Shown here piece by piece: positions 17,831-27,049 of a DNA stretch of 64,000 nucleotides. Source of the stretch: an uncultured Candidatus Saccharibacteria bacterium. GTDB taxonomy: Bacteria > Patescibacteriota > Saccharimonadia > Saccharimonadales > JACDBH01. The notes below the pieces were generated by a model. It was not told the DNA's origin, did no database searches, and saw only the letters and a program-made list of their open reading frames with translations. The stretch's first letter is position 1; the number at the start of each line of letters is the position of its first letter. A program made the position numbers and the translations under genes. Location of the stretch: positions 384,908-448,907 of the forward strand of contig OZ246417.1 of the NCBI GenBank assembly GCA_965231105.1. The letters run 5' to 3'.

Positions 17831-18784
17831 ATGCACACATCAGAGGGTAATAGCGGCTTAAACGCAGGCTCTTTTTTGAGTGTAGAAGAAGCCCGCCGAG
17901 TGTATGATCTTAGTGAACGTGATTCTTTATTCGCAAGCCCTCTTGATCAAGAACTAGTCGAGCGCGGGATAGCCAAGGTCGCCCTTGATACAACAGAGGC
18001 CGATTTCAATGAGCTTGTCGCAAGCTATGAGGTCTGCCTCGAAGACTATCCGCGATTACTCGCCCAAACATTCCACCAGGTGGATTCCCGTTACGGCAAT
18101 GAGGCGGGAAATGTTCGTAAGGAGCTCAAGCGAGATCCTGCTACCGGTATCCAGATTGACGATCCAAAATCCTATTTCCACTTTAATGAACTCGCTATCG
18201 CCCGTTGGAATGAACAGTTTACTCCTGCCACGGCACCACCTGCATTTTTGAGATTCCTGGCACAAGGGGCCGAAATGCATCATTCATCTATTCCTTTAGA
18301 ACAAGAACTCTTTGCACAGCTTGAAGAGACTCATCCCAACATATCTCGAGCTTATTTCCCGGTAGTAGATGGCCGAGTGGAAACCTTCGGATTTTATCGT
18401 TTGGTTAGCTATGACGCATATGATGTAACCGAATCTTTAAGTACACAGGTAGGCAAGGAACATGCCGATATAGCCGGCATGACCCTGCAGCAACAAACGG
18501 ATGCTCCCGGTTTTTGTGCGATCATTGACGGGCAAGAGGTACCATTTGATTCTGAGGCAGGATTTGGATACTGGTTCCCTGGCAATGGACATGAAAAGTT
18601 ATATGGCGGTACCCCACGATTAAGAGCACTCCGTCATAAAGTAAATCGAATTATTCCTGAAGGTATCACTCACGTGCCAAAACGGCATGCTGGTATTAAA
18701 TTTACCGATGCACCTTTTGTGGACTACCAGACAAATCCTAAAGATATTCTTGCCATGGAAGCAGCGTTAAGCAAAATAGCGTAA
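17831..18784 (+). CDS. possible 2OG-Fe(II) oxygenase-superfamily protein
   Basis: 317 aa with a GGAGGG SD. EHADIAGMTLQQQTDAPGF...WFPGNGHEKLYGG...LRHKV fits the HxD...H...R-x-[ST/K] layout of IPNS-like oxygenases. The assignment is tentative. Confidence 0.4.
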   Translation: MHTSEGNSGLNAGSFLSVEEARRVYDLSERDSLFASPLDQELVERGIAKVALDTTEADFNELVASYEVCLEDYPRLLAQTFHQVDSRYGNEAGNVRKELKRDPATGIQIDDPKSYFHFNELAIARWNEQFTPATAPPAFLRFLAQGAEMHHSSIPLEQELFAQLEETHPNISRAYFPVVDGRVETFGFYRLVSYDAYDVTESLSTQVGKEHADIAGMTLQQQTDAPGFCAIIDGQEVPFDSEAGFGYWFPGNGHEKLYGGTPRLRALRHKVNRIIPEGITHVPKRHAGIKFTDAPFVDYQTNPKDILAMEAALSKIA

Positions 18785-18797
18785 ACTAACGTTAGGT

Positions 18798-19697
18798 ATG
18801 CATGTACTTCTACTTGCCGGCGGCAATTCAAACGAAAGAGATGTTTCTTTACGGAGTGGAAATGCAGTAGAGGCCGGTTTAAAGGCGGCGGGTTACAAAG
18901 TCACCCGTGAGGATCCGGGAGCAATGGGTTTTAATCTCAAAACTGCTGCTGACAGTACCGACGTCGTGTTTATTGTACTGCATGGTTCTGGAGGCGAAGA
19001 TGGCGCCATCCAAGAACAGCTTGAGACTATTGGCATTCCATATACAGGCTGTGGTGTCGAGGCTTCCAAGTTATGTTGGGATAAATGGTCGTATAAAAAC
19101 TTCTTGCAATCGAGAGATATTCCGGTTTCTGTAGGTAAGATGGTCTCAAAAGAAGATCTCGATGACCCCTTATTTAAGGAACCGTTCGTCCTAAAGCCAG
19201 CACAGGGTGGAAGTTCGCTAGACACTCTTATCGCCCGCGAGGTTACGAAAGAAAACTTAGATACCGCAAAAGAACTGCTTAATAAATATCCTTCACTTCT
19301 ACTGGAAAGGCTAGTTTTCGGAAAAGAGATAACACTCACCATCCTCGGCAATCAACCACTTGAAGTCATTGAGATTATCCCTCCAGAGCATGGAGAGTTT
19401 GATTATGAAAATAAATACAATGGTGCAACCCAAGAGATTATCCCGCCACGCAATGTTTCTAACGAGGCACAAAAAAAGGCCCAGGAATTGGCCTTGAGGA
19501 TTCATTCAATGACAGGATGCCGCGATATTTCCCGAACTGACATGATCGTTGACAACAATGACGAGCTGCATGTTCTCGAAACGAATACCATTCCTGGTAT
19601 GAGTGATCAAAGTCTCGTTCCAAAAGCAGCCGCTCGAGCAGGTTATGATATGTCCGCTTTATGTGATCTGCTTGTCGGTCTTGCACTCAAACACTAA
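18798..19697 (+). CDS. ddl: D-alanine--D-alanine ligase
   Basis: 299 aa. VFIVLHGSGGEDGAIQEQLETIGIPYTGCGV, FVLKPAQGGSSL and LETNTIPGMSDQSLVPKAA are Ddl ATP-grasp motifs. Confidence 0.9.
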   Translation: MHVLLLAGGNSNERDVSLRSGNAVEAGLKAAGYKVTREDPGAMGFNLKTAADSTDVVFIVLHGSGGEDGAIQEQLETIGIPYTGCGVEASKLCWDKWSYKNFLQSRDIPVSVGKMVSKEDLDDPLFKEPFVLKPAQGGSSLDTLIAREVTKENLDTAKELLNKYPSLLLERLVFGKEITLTILGNQPLEVIEIIPPEHGEFDYENKYNGATQEIIPPRNVSNEAQKKAQELALRIHSMTGCRDISRTDMIVDNNDELHVLETNTIPGMSDQSLVPKAAARAGYDMSALCDLLVGLALKH

Positions 19698-20614
19698 AGC
19701 TTCGTTATAAACTTTTGATACTGCCCGTTATTCCCATGGATAATGTCTGTATGTAGTTTTTGAAGTTTTTCGGTAACTGGCCCTTTCTTGCCGTCACCAA
19801 TAGTTCGTGCGTCTATCTCTATAATTGGCGCGATATACGCCGACGTACCAGATGCAAAGATTTCATCTGCTATGTAAAGCTCGGTTAAATCAACACTGCG
19901 TTCAACGACTGGAATATTTAGGTCCTTGGCAATTTCTAGCATAGTACGCCTATTAATTCCTTCCAGTAGATCGCTCGTTGTATTCGGCGTAATGAGTGTG
20001 CTATCTCTTACAATAAATATATTAGCAGCGCTTAATTCACACACATGCCCTGCTTCGTCTAAGAAGACACAGTCGTCATAGCCGCTATCGATTGCGTCTT
20101 GTTTGGCGAGAACAGAATTTACATACGCACCATTTACTTTGGCACGTGAAGGAATAGAGAAATCTGGTATACGTCGCCATACACTTGTTTTAAGCCGAGC
20201 ACCGTTTTGCGGGATGATGGGCACTGCTTCATAGGCAAACATACTTAAGACTGAATGCAGACCCCGCGAACGCGTACCAGGCACCAGCTCATCAACATGC
20301 ACGGTTGCACGCACAAATATATCTGCGTGTATAGTCTGTGCATCAATAAGAGCATGTACGCTTTTTTCAAATTTTTTGTACGTCCACTCTTTTTCAAATG
20401 TATCAATACCAATAATGCGAGCCGAATCGCAGAGGCGCTTAAAGTGATCTTTTAGACGGAATGCTACCAGTTGTTTTTGGCTACTAATACTTACCGGAAA
20501 AACCGTGTATACACTGAGACCATATAATACAGCTGAACTTGCAATACTGAGGTGTGCTTCATCGATGTCAACGATGTCCGATCCTAAAAACGCTTTTTGA
20601 TACAACTTTGCCAT
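19694..20614 (-). CDS. class IV aminotransferase (branched-chain or D-amino-acid aminotransferase)
   Basis: 306 aa. LEGINRRTMLEIAKDLNIPVVER...ADEIFASGTSAYIAPIIEID is typical of PLP fold-type IV. Substrate specificity cannot be read from the sequence. Confidence 0.8.
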   Translation of the reverse strand: MAKLYQKAFLGSDIVDIDEAHLSIASSAVLYGLSVYTVFPVSISSQKQLVAFRLKDHFKRLCDSARIIGIDTFEKEWTYKKFEKSVHALIDAQTIHADIFVRATVHVDELVPGTRSRGLHSVLSMFAYEAVPIIPQNGARLKTSVWRRIPDFSIPSRAKVNGAYVNSVLAKQDAIDSGYDDCVFLDEAGHVCELSAANIFIVRDSTLITPNTTSDLLEGINRRTMLEIAKDLNIPVVERSVDLTELYIADEIFASGTSAYIAPIIEIDARTIGDGKKGPVTEKLQKLHTDIIHGNNGQYQKFITKL

Positions 20615-20627
20615 AACGAGCTACTTT

Positions 20628-21899
20628 CTAGTTGGTTTTAGGGAATTGCCGTGCTTTAGTTTTCATCCAATCTTCAGACTGTCTTACGAGTTTCTGCTGC
20701 TCCCCAGGATCAGCCAACAAGGACTTGAGCGCCTCTTCTGCAAATACACCATTCTGCGAACCCTTTGCCAAAACTACCGCTCCCTCAAGAAGATTTTGAG
20801 CAATATATGAACCTGCTTCATAAGGTGATGTGCAGCGTTGCACTTTGCAGCCCCTTTTCTCTGCCTCTTCTGCAAGATAGTGATTAGCGTCCTTGCCGAT
20901 CGTAACAACAAAAGCAAGCTGTCGAGGATCACAATATGAGCCCACTTCTCTATGAGACTGTTCTGAAAAGGCACCCAGCTCATTCATATTGCCTAACAGT
21001 GCGACTTTTTGAGGAGCCGTAATGTGAGACAGTGTTTCGAGTGCCGCTTTTACCGCTTCCGGGCTCGCATTATAGGTATCATCAATGATCGTACTGTTTT
21101 TGATACCCCTTAGTGTCCGCATGCGTCCACTTACGGGCTCTATAGCAGCAAGCCCAACAACAATTGCTTGGCTCGTTAACCCAAGTTTTTCGGCAATGAT
21201 AAAAGCCGCTAATGCGGAGTACAGCTGCGTTTCAGCTATGGCCTGGTAATGGAAGGCCGTTGTTCCGTTCACCGATTCGATAGAGGCATCAAAGCCATCT
21301 TGTGTGCGTGTGAAGGTTTTTATCTTGTAATCTGCCTGGCTCTCAATACCGTAGGAGATCTTTTGTGAAAGTGTATCTACATATTCGCCAGAACAAAGAT
21401 CCGCATTGTACACAACAACATCGGAGAACCGAGAGACAGAAAGTTCTTCTGCTGCTACGGCTTCAAGACTTGAAAAATACTCCATATGCTCAGGCGCGAT
21501 GGCAGTCACAACTGCAATATCTGCATGTAAATACTTGTGAAATGCGGCAATCTGCCCAGGACCATCAGTACCAAGCTCTACCACTACGACATCGTACGGG
21601 TAATCCCTTTTTATCTTCTTTTCATTCCGTAAGAAAATCTTAAGCCACGCAATAGGGTTAATAAGACTCGGAAGTTTTTCATCGAAAAAGATCAAAGGAA
21701 CACTGACAATATCGTTATAATTTCCTTCTTGGTATCTTACTCTGAGCGACTGGCCCACGACTTTGGCAATAGCAAATTTTGTACTGGTCTTTCCGATACT
21801 ACCCACTACTGCTATGACTTTAAGGTTATTCCTCTTTCGAAGGCGCCGCACCTGCCACGCTAAGATGCTTATAACAGGTACTTTGAAGGCTTTTTTCAT
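20628..21899 (-). CDS. murF: Mur ligase, MurF-like (UDP-MurNAc-tripeptide--D-Ala-D-Ala ligase)
   Basis: 423 aa with P-loop VVGSIGKTSTK, DTYNASPEAV and GNMNELG. It lies adjacent to ddl. Confidence 0.8.
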   Translation of the reverse strand: MKKAFKVPVISILAWQVRRLRKRNNLKVIAVVGSIGKTSTKFAIAKVVGQSLRVRYQEGNYNDIVSVPLIFFDEKLPSLINPIAWLKIFLRNEKKIKRDYPYDVVVVELGTDGPGQIAAFHKYLHADIAVVTAIAPEHMEYFSSLEAVAAEELSVSRFSDVVVYNADLCSGEYVDTLSQKISYGIESQADYKIKTFTRTQDGFDASIESVNGTTAFHYQAIAETQLYSALAAFIIAEKLGLTSQAIVVGLAAIEPVSGRMRTLRGIKNSTIIDDTYNASPEAVKAALETLSHITAPQKVALLGNMNELGAFSEQSHREVGSYCDPRQLAFVVTIGKDANHYLAEEAEKRGCKVQRCTSPYEAGSYIAQNLLEGAVVLAKGSQNGVFAEEALKSLLADPGEQQKLVRQSEDWMKTKARQFPKTN

Positions 21900-21935
21900 T
21901 GAGCTTAGTATAACAGGAATAACCCTGTCTTAACC

Positions 21936-23387
21936 CTAGTTGAGGCTTTGCTTGGTATAGGTCGTTCCGTCTGAAAGCGTCGCGGTAAGGGTATAGCTTG
22001 TGCAGTCCATGCAGTTACTCGGAAGTGCAGCGTAGCTATAAACATTCTGCGCAGGTGTTGCAGCCAATTTATAGGTTAAACCCTGAGGATCCCGGTACGC
22101 TTCTTCATCTAGGCCCACAAACTCGGCCGCACGTACCGTATCATCATTGATCTCGCTTAATGTAGGGTAGAAGCCGTATTGTGCGTAAAATGCCTCAAGC
22201 TGAGCATGCATCGCCTTAATATCAGTTTCGCGCTCTACATCTAAAGCGGTAAGCTGTGTCTCAATCAAACTCCCACCAATAAGGTCACTGAGTAGGTTTT
22301 GAATTGGTTCTGCGCCTTCTGGAGCAGAGACCGTTACTGCCTGGTACGTAAAGGTTGTCGACATCTTCATAGTGCTACCACTGTCCTGAGCTTCTAAGTC
22401 TATCTTTTTAACCTTGTTGTCATCGGTTAAGTAGATAGCCATGTTGCCGGTTGCCGTTCCACCTGTATCAAGATCGGTAATCTCTTCATCCAGCACAGAT
22501 TCGGCACCAGCGTCTTTCAGGCATGATTTGATCTTCTCTACCACACTGAGTGTTTCAAGTTCTTTCGCAAAAGCAATTGCTTCCGCATCACTGGCTGGCT
22601 CAACTGCATACTTCGTAGTAGGCGTGCCGTTCACATCTTCTTGTGAGGTGCTCTTGACCGTAAAGAGCGGGTGTTTCTTATATGCTGCCTTGATCTTAGA
22701 AATATCATCATCGGTAAAGGCAAATGAAAGGTCGGTTACACAGCTTGTCTCACTACCAAATGAACTCCAGAAGCTTCGATCAACGACATACCATTTATCA
22801 TTTACGCCTGCGAGCATGCTCAAATACGAAGAGGCCGGATTTGTTTCATCGAGTCCGAGGCTGCTTAAACTCTCAAGCCCTCCAACTTTGGCATAGATAT
22901 TCTTATCAACATAGCGGAGTTCATACGGGAACTGGGCACCACTTACCCCTACAGTTCCTGAAAGTGCAAACTGGTTCTGAGATACATTGCTTTCAGATTT
23001 AAAATTAACCGCTACACCAGGAGCTTCCGGAGTTGTGACATCAATTGTGCCTTCAGATACGAGCTCGTTCTGGCTCACTAAATCAGCAAGAGCACTTAAG
23101 AGTTTGTTCTCAGGCTTGTTTGGAACAACATATCCAAAATAAGCAGCTGCGCTACCACCACCTATAAGTATTAGTGCAAGAAGGGCAATAAAGAGTGGTT
23201 TAAGCTTTTTCTTTTTTGCCTGATTATTAAGTGGCGGGAAAACGGGAGCCTGATACGCACCAGGCTGTGGTGCGGGCGGCTGCATCGGGGACTGTGGCGC
23301 TGGAATCCCAAACGAATCTGCTGCCGGTGGACCGGACGGCTGTGGGCTTTGGGGCTTTATAACGCCACCGGGTAATTGATCATCCAT
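21936..23387 (-). CDS. anchored surface protein with Pro-rich N-terminus and pilin-like C-terminal domain
   Basis: 483 aa with a P/Q-rich cytoplasmic head and the TM span LFIALLALILIGGGSAAAYFGYVV. The last ~110 aa (ERETDIKAMHAQLEAFYAQYGFYPT...CMDC..YTLTATL) resemble a type IV pilin/pseudopilin globular head. Confidence 0.65.
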   Translation of the reverse strand: MDDQLPGGVIKPQSPQPSGPPAADSFGIPAPQSPMQPPAPQPGAYQAPVFPPLNNQAKKKKLKPLFIALLALILIGGGSAAAYFGYVVPNKPENKLLSALADLVSQNELVSEGTIDVTTPEAPGVAVNFKSESNVSQNQFALSGTVGVSGAQFPYELRYVDKNIYAKVGGLESLSSLGLDETNPASSYLSMLAGVNDKWYVVDRSFWSSFGSETSCVTDLSFAFTDDDISKIKAAYKKHPLFTVKSTSQEDVNGTPTTKYAVEPASDAEAIAFAKELETLSVVEKIKSCLKDAGAESVLDEEITDLDTGGTATGNMAIYLTDDNKVKKIDLEAQDSGSTMKMSTTFTYQAVTVSAPEGAEPIQNLLSDLIGGSLIETQLTALDVERETDIKAMHAQLEAFYAQYGFYPTLSEINDDTVRAAEFVGLDEEAYRDPQGLTYKLAATPAQNVYSYAALPSNCMDCTSYTLTATLSDGTTYTKQSLN

Positions 23388-23533
23388 TGTAATTCCTTGC
23401 TTATTGATTATGTATATAGTTTTCAGATTAACTATACCTGCTTTATATAAGTTTACAAACTCCCCTACAGGTTAGTTGGTTCCCTTTCCTCCTCTCATCT
23501 GTTACAATCTGGTATTGTTTTTCCTCTTCATAA

Positions 23534-23610
23534 GGGGCTGTAGCTCAGCTGATTAGAGCGCTTGTATGGCATACAAGAGGTCAGGGGTTTGAATCCCCTC
23601 AGCTCCACCA
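23534..23610 (+). tRNA. tRNA-Ala (anticodon GGC)
   Basis: Acceptor GGGGCTG/CAGCTCC with the G3:U70 pair, anticodon arm CTTGT-ATGGCAT-ACAAG, T-loop TTTGAAT, encoded CCA. Confidence 0.9.
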
Positions 23611-23634
23611 CATTTATAAGAAGGGGTACTATGT

Positions 23635-23946
23635 ATGGGATTGACCGAAGCACTAAAAGCATACGATCAGAAGTTCATAAAGGAACTGGAGCTTGGGCGG
23701 CGCGCCGTTCATGCAAAGCTGCTGTCAGATCCCGGCCCCACAGAACGCAAAACATTTGTTGAGGGACTTGCCGCACAGGCTGAAATCCCCCTCCGTACGG
23801 CCCATTGTGCAACAGATGAACTCATAGCCGATGGCATCATTCGAGTTAGAGAAAATAATTTCACCCTTGACCCGTCTATCTTGTCTTTGAAGCTAGATCC
23901 TACTAATTTTTCTAGAATTATTGCAAATAGAAAAGAACCAGCCTAA
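23635..23946 (+). CDS. hypothetical small protein (possible winged-helix)
   Basis: 103 aa with an AAGGGG SD-like element upstream. No family recognised. Confidence 0.45.
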   Translation: MGLTEALKAYDQKFIKELELGRRAVHAKLLSDPGPTERKTFVEGLAAQAEIPLRTAHCATDELIADGIIRVRENNFTLDPSILSLKLDPTNFSRIIANRKEPA

Positions 23947-23960
23947 ACGCCGGTTCTTTC
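23934..23960 (+). terminator. hairpin terminator overlapping the stop codon
   Basis: AGAACCAGC-loop-GCCGGTTCT (9 bp with 1 mismatch), followed by a short T run. Confidence 0.45.
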
Positions 23961-24050
23961 TATGCAAGCGGGCTGCACCCTTACTCTTTGTTTATTTTTG
24001 TTTTAAAGAGATTACCGCTCGAAACGAACAATTCTATTACACGCTTACGC

Positions 24051-26075
24051 TTAGGATTTGTCAAGAAGCTCTAATAGCTTCTTCTCATCAATAACTTCAG
24101 TACCAAGCTTGCGAGCTTTTTCTGCTTTACTCTCCCCTGCCTTTGTACCCATCACGAGATATGTCGTGTCTTTGCCCACCGAACTTTGGAAGGTGCCGCC
24201 TAAAGCGCGTATTTGTTCGGCTGCGACATCTCGACCCATTGTTTCGAGGGTTCCGGTAATAACGAAGCTTTTACCGACCAGTTTGCCGGTAAGGCCTTTG
24301 TCGTTTTCGGGCCAGACACCAAGACTACGGAATTTAGCGAGCAGCTTCTGATTATCATCCTCTTCAAACCACATAAGAATTGAATCAGCTACTACTTCAC
24401 CAATACCATTCACGGACATAAGCTGGTCATAGGTTGCAGTACCAAGGGTATCGAGGCTCTTAAATGCATGGGCAAGATCAATGGCGGTTTGTGTACCAAT
24501 ATGCCGTATGCCAAGCCCATAAATAAATCGGCTTAACGGTGGGTTTTTCTTTGCAGCAATGGCAGCGATGAGCTTACTCGCTGAAATTTCTGCAAAGCGT
24601 TCGAGTTTTAAGATGTCTTCTTTTTTAAGTCGATATATATCGGCAATGTCATAGACAAGATGTGCATCAACAAGCGCGACCACATTCTTCTCGCCTAAAC
24701 CATCTATATCAAGCGCTCCGCGACTAGCGTAATGCTCCAGGGCTTTTTTAAGTAATATGTCTCCAGCGTTACCTTTCACGCGGTACACTGCTTCACCGTC
24801 TGGCCGCTCAAATTTTAGCCCCGGGAATTGGCTGGCTAACTCAGCTTCGTAATCAAAGGCTTTGGAGTTTTTTGGTCGTAGCTCCAACAACACGGATTGT
24901 ACCTGCGGAATAATGTCACCGGCTTTAAAGATAATAACTGTATCGCCCACACGAATATCTTTGCGGGCTATTTCATCGGCATTATGCAAGCTTGCATGCT
25001 GCACCGTCGTACCGGCTACCACGACAGGATCAAATAACGCTACGGGTGTGGCGGCACCGGTGCGGCCAATGCTAATCGCAATATCACGCACGATGGTCGT
25101 GGCCTCTTCAGCGGCATATTTATATGCCACAGCCCCGCGGGGTGTCTTGCCCACTACGCCTAAGGACGCAAATAATTCACGGTCATTAAGCTTTATAACG
25201 AGCCCGTCCGTATTAAAAGGGAGGTCATTCCGCTTACTGTCCCATTGCTCAACATAGTGCATAACTTCATCAAGATGCGAGAAAACTTTAGCTTCGGCAT
25301 TAGCAGCAATACCCACCGCCCTCAGTGCTTCATACGCCATAGCGTTTGTTGGCACCTCTTTAGGATCATCGCGAAGTAGGTCATAAGCCCTGTAATGAAG
25401 CGGCCGTTCTGCAACGAGTTTTGGATCTAGTTGTCTAATCGTACCGGCTGCCAAGTTGCGTGGATTCATAAATGGTGGCTGTCCAGCTGCTTCCCGCTTT
25501 TTATTGAGCTCAGCAAAATCTTTTTTATACATCACGATCTCACCACGTACTTCGGTTCTACCTTTTAAGAGATGTTCAAAACCCTTTGTAGGTCTTAAAT
25601 TTAAAGGTACGTTTTCAATAGTGCGTACATTCATAGTGACATCTTCGCCTACCCGACCATCACCACGGGTTACGGCCTGAATAAGTTTGCCGTCTTCATA
25701 TATAAGTGCGCAGGCAAGGCCGTCCATCTTAATATCAACAAAGTATTCATGGGTACGGCCCGGTGCAAGTTTATCTGTTCTGGTAATCCAAGCTTCAACT
25801 TCTTCCCTACTAAAGACATCATTTAGGCTAATCATCGGGAAGCGATGCTCAACCTTCACGAATTTATCCAGTGCCTTCCCGGCTACGCGCTGGGTTGGTG
25901 AGTCTGGTGTTACAAGATCAGGAAAGGCTGCTTCAAGTTCAGACAGCTCATGTTTAAGACTGTCTGCCGCAGCTTCACTCATCGTTGATTCATCGAGCAC
26001 ATGATAGTGATATCGATAATCGTTTATGAGGATGCGGAGTTTGGCGATTCGTTCGGCAGCATCTGCTCTGTTCAT
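24051..26075 (-). CDS. ligA: NAD+-dependent DNA ligase
   Basis: 674 aa with adenylation motif VDIKMDGLA, OB fold, Zn/HhH region and C-terminal BRCT (KSFVITGTL...). Confidence 0.95.
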   Translation of the reverse strand: MNRADAAERIAKLRILINDYRYHYHVLDESTMSEAAADSLKHELSELEAAFPDLVTPDSPTQRVAGKALDKFVKVEHRFPMISLNDVFSREEVEAWITRTDKLAPGRTHEYFVDIKMDGLACALIYEDGKLIQAVTRGDGRVGEDVTMNVRTIENVPLNLRPTKGFEHLLKGRTEVRGEIVMYKKDFAELNKKREAAGQPPFMNPRNLAAGTIRQLDPKLVAERPLHYRAYDLLRDDPKEVPTNAMAYEALRAVGIAANAEAKVFSHLDEVMHYVEQWDSKRNDLPFNTDGLVIKLNDRELFASLGVVGKTPRGAVAYKYAAEEATTIVRDIAISIGRTGAATPVALFDPVVVAGTTVQHASLHNADEIARKDIRVGDTVIIFKAGDIIPQVQSVLLELRPKNSKAFDYEAELASQFPGLKFERPDGEAVYRVKGNAGDILLKKALEHYASRGALDIDGLGEKNVVALVDAHLVYDIADIYRLKKEDILKLERFAEISASKLIAAIAAKKNPPLSRFIYGLGIRHIGTQTAIDLAHAFKSLDTLGTATYDQLMSVNGIGEVVADSILMWFEEDDNQKLLAKFRSLGVWPENDKGLTGKLVGKSFVITGTLETMGRDVAAEQIRALGGTFQSSVGKDTTYLVMGTKAGESKAEKARKLGTEVIDEKKLLELLDKS

Positions 26076-27031
26076 ATCAGTTCTCTATATAGACTGTATA
26101 AGTAGCTATGGGCAACTGCGAGCAGCGCGTAGGCAAAGATCATAACTAAGACTTCAGCGAGTACGGGGATGAATAAAATGAGCGGAATAAGGGTAAGTCC
26201 TGCAAAGACAAGCAGAACTAACGGTAAGAACAGCAGCTTACGAATGATTACCCAACGACGGTATCGCACTAACTTACGGGCAGTCTTCAACGCTTCTCGT
26301 GGCGCCCTTCCTTCAAGTGTGACGATATAAAGCGCAAAGATTGAGCTGCTTAAGAAGAAAAGACTTGTAGACAGGCCTACGATAAACAGTGAAACCCAAA
26401 ATATCTGTTCTGGCCCGTTGACGATAAGCCCGCTGCTTTGAGCAGAGCCATAGAAGGTGCTGGCAAAGATAAACGGCAGACTTTGCAGCAAAACAAAGAA
26501 GATAACGATCACAAATGGAATTAACTGATTCATACCTTTATATAGGGCATCGCGAATTCGTAATCTCACATCTTCTTGATACGTCTGTCTCAGTGCCCAA
26601 ATTAAAGCCAGACTCATAATAACAAGGAGCATGCTTTGGTATGCACCAGCTGTTTCGCTGGGCACACTTGCCGTATTACTTAAGAGCAGCCCAAACAAAG
26701 CAAAACTCGTGCCTATTCTTCCCATTTCATCAGCAAAGGTCGTAGAGAGCTCTTCTCGTAAGTTAGCGAGTTGAAAACTCGAACTCAAACCCCGGACAAA
26801 GATGATGTCTAGGACGGCATAGGTGAGTAGAAGACCGATAAAAAGCTTCTTTTGTTTTAATAAGTGACGCAAAGATTGCTTTAAGATCTTCCAAGCACTG
26901 GGAAGTTTTCCTTGTGCGGCATTCTTTTTCTTCTCTTTTTTTGCCTGCCTACGAGAAAGTTTACGAAGACGGGTCGTGCTTTCTACAGACTGTTTCTTTG
27001 GAGCTTTCTTGTTTGTTTTTTTGGTCGCCAT
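26072..27031 (-). CDS. polytopic membrane protein, unknown function
   Basis: 319 aa with a Lys-rich N-terminus followed by about 6 hydrophobic spans. There is a 4-nt overlap with the ligA start. Confidence 0.65.
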   Translation of the reverse strand: MATKKTNKKAPKKQSVESTTRLRKLSRRQAKKEKKKNAAQGKLPSAWKILKQSLRHLLKQKKLFIGLLLTYAVLDIIFVRGLSSSFQLANLREELSTTFADEMGRIGTSFALFGLLLSNTASVPSETAGAYQSMLLVIMSLALIWALRQTYQEDVRLRIRDALYKGMNQLIPFVIVIFFVLLQSLPFIFASTFYGSAQSSGLIVNGPEQIFWVSLFIVGLSTSLFFLSSSIFALYIVTLEGRAPREALKTARKLVRYRRWVIIRKLLFLPLVLLVFAGLTLIPLILFIPVLAEVLVMIFAYALLAVAHSYLYSLYRELI

Positions 27032-27049
27032 AGTAGGTTTTAAATCAGT

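Noticed and set aside
24058-26004. Several 74-131-aa plus-strand ORFs inside ligA
   Set aside because: They are antisense shadows of a well-supported 674-aa LigA gene. The same reasoning applies to antisense ORFs inside leuS, murF, PBP1A, the FAD oxidase and others.
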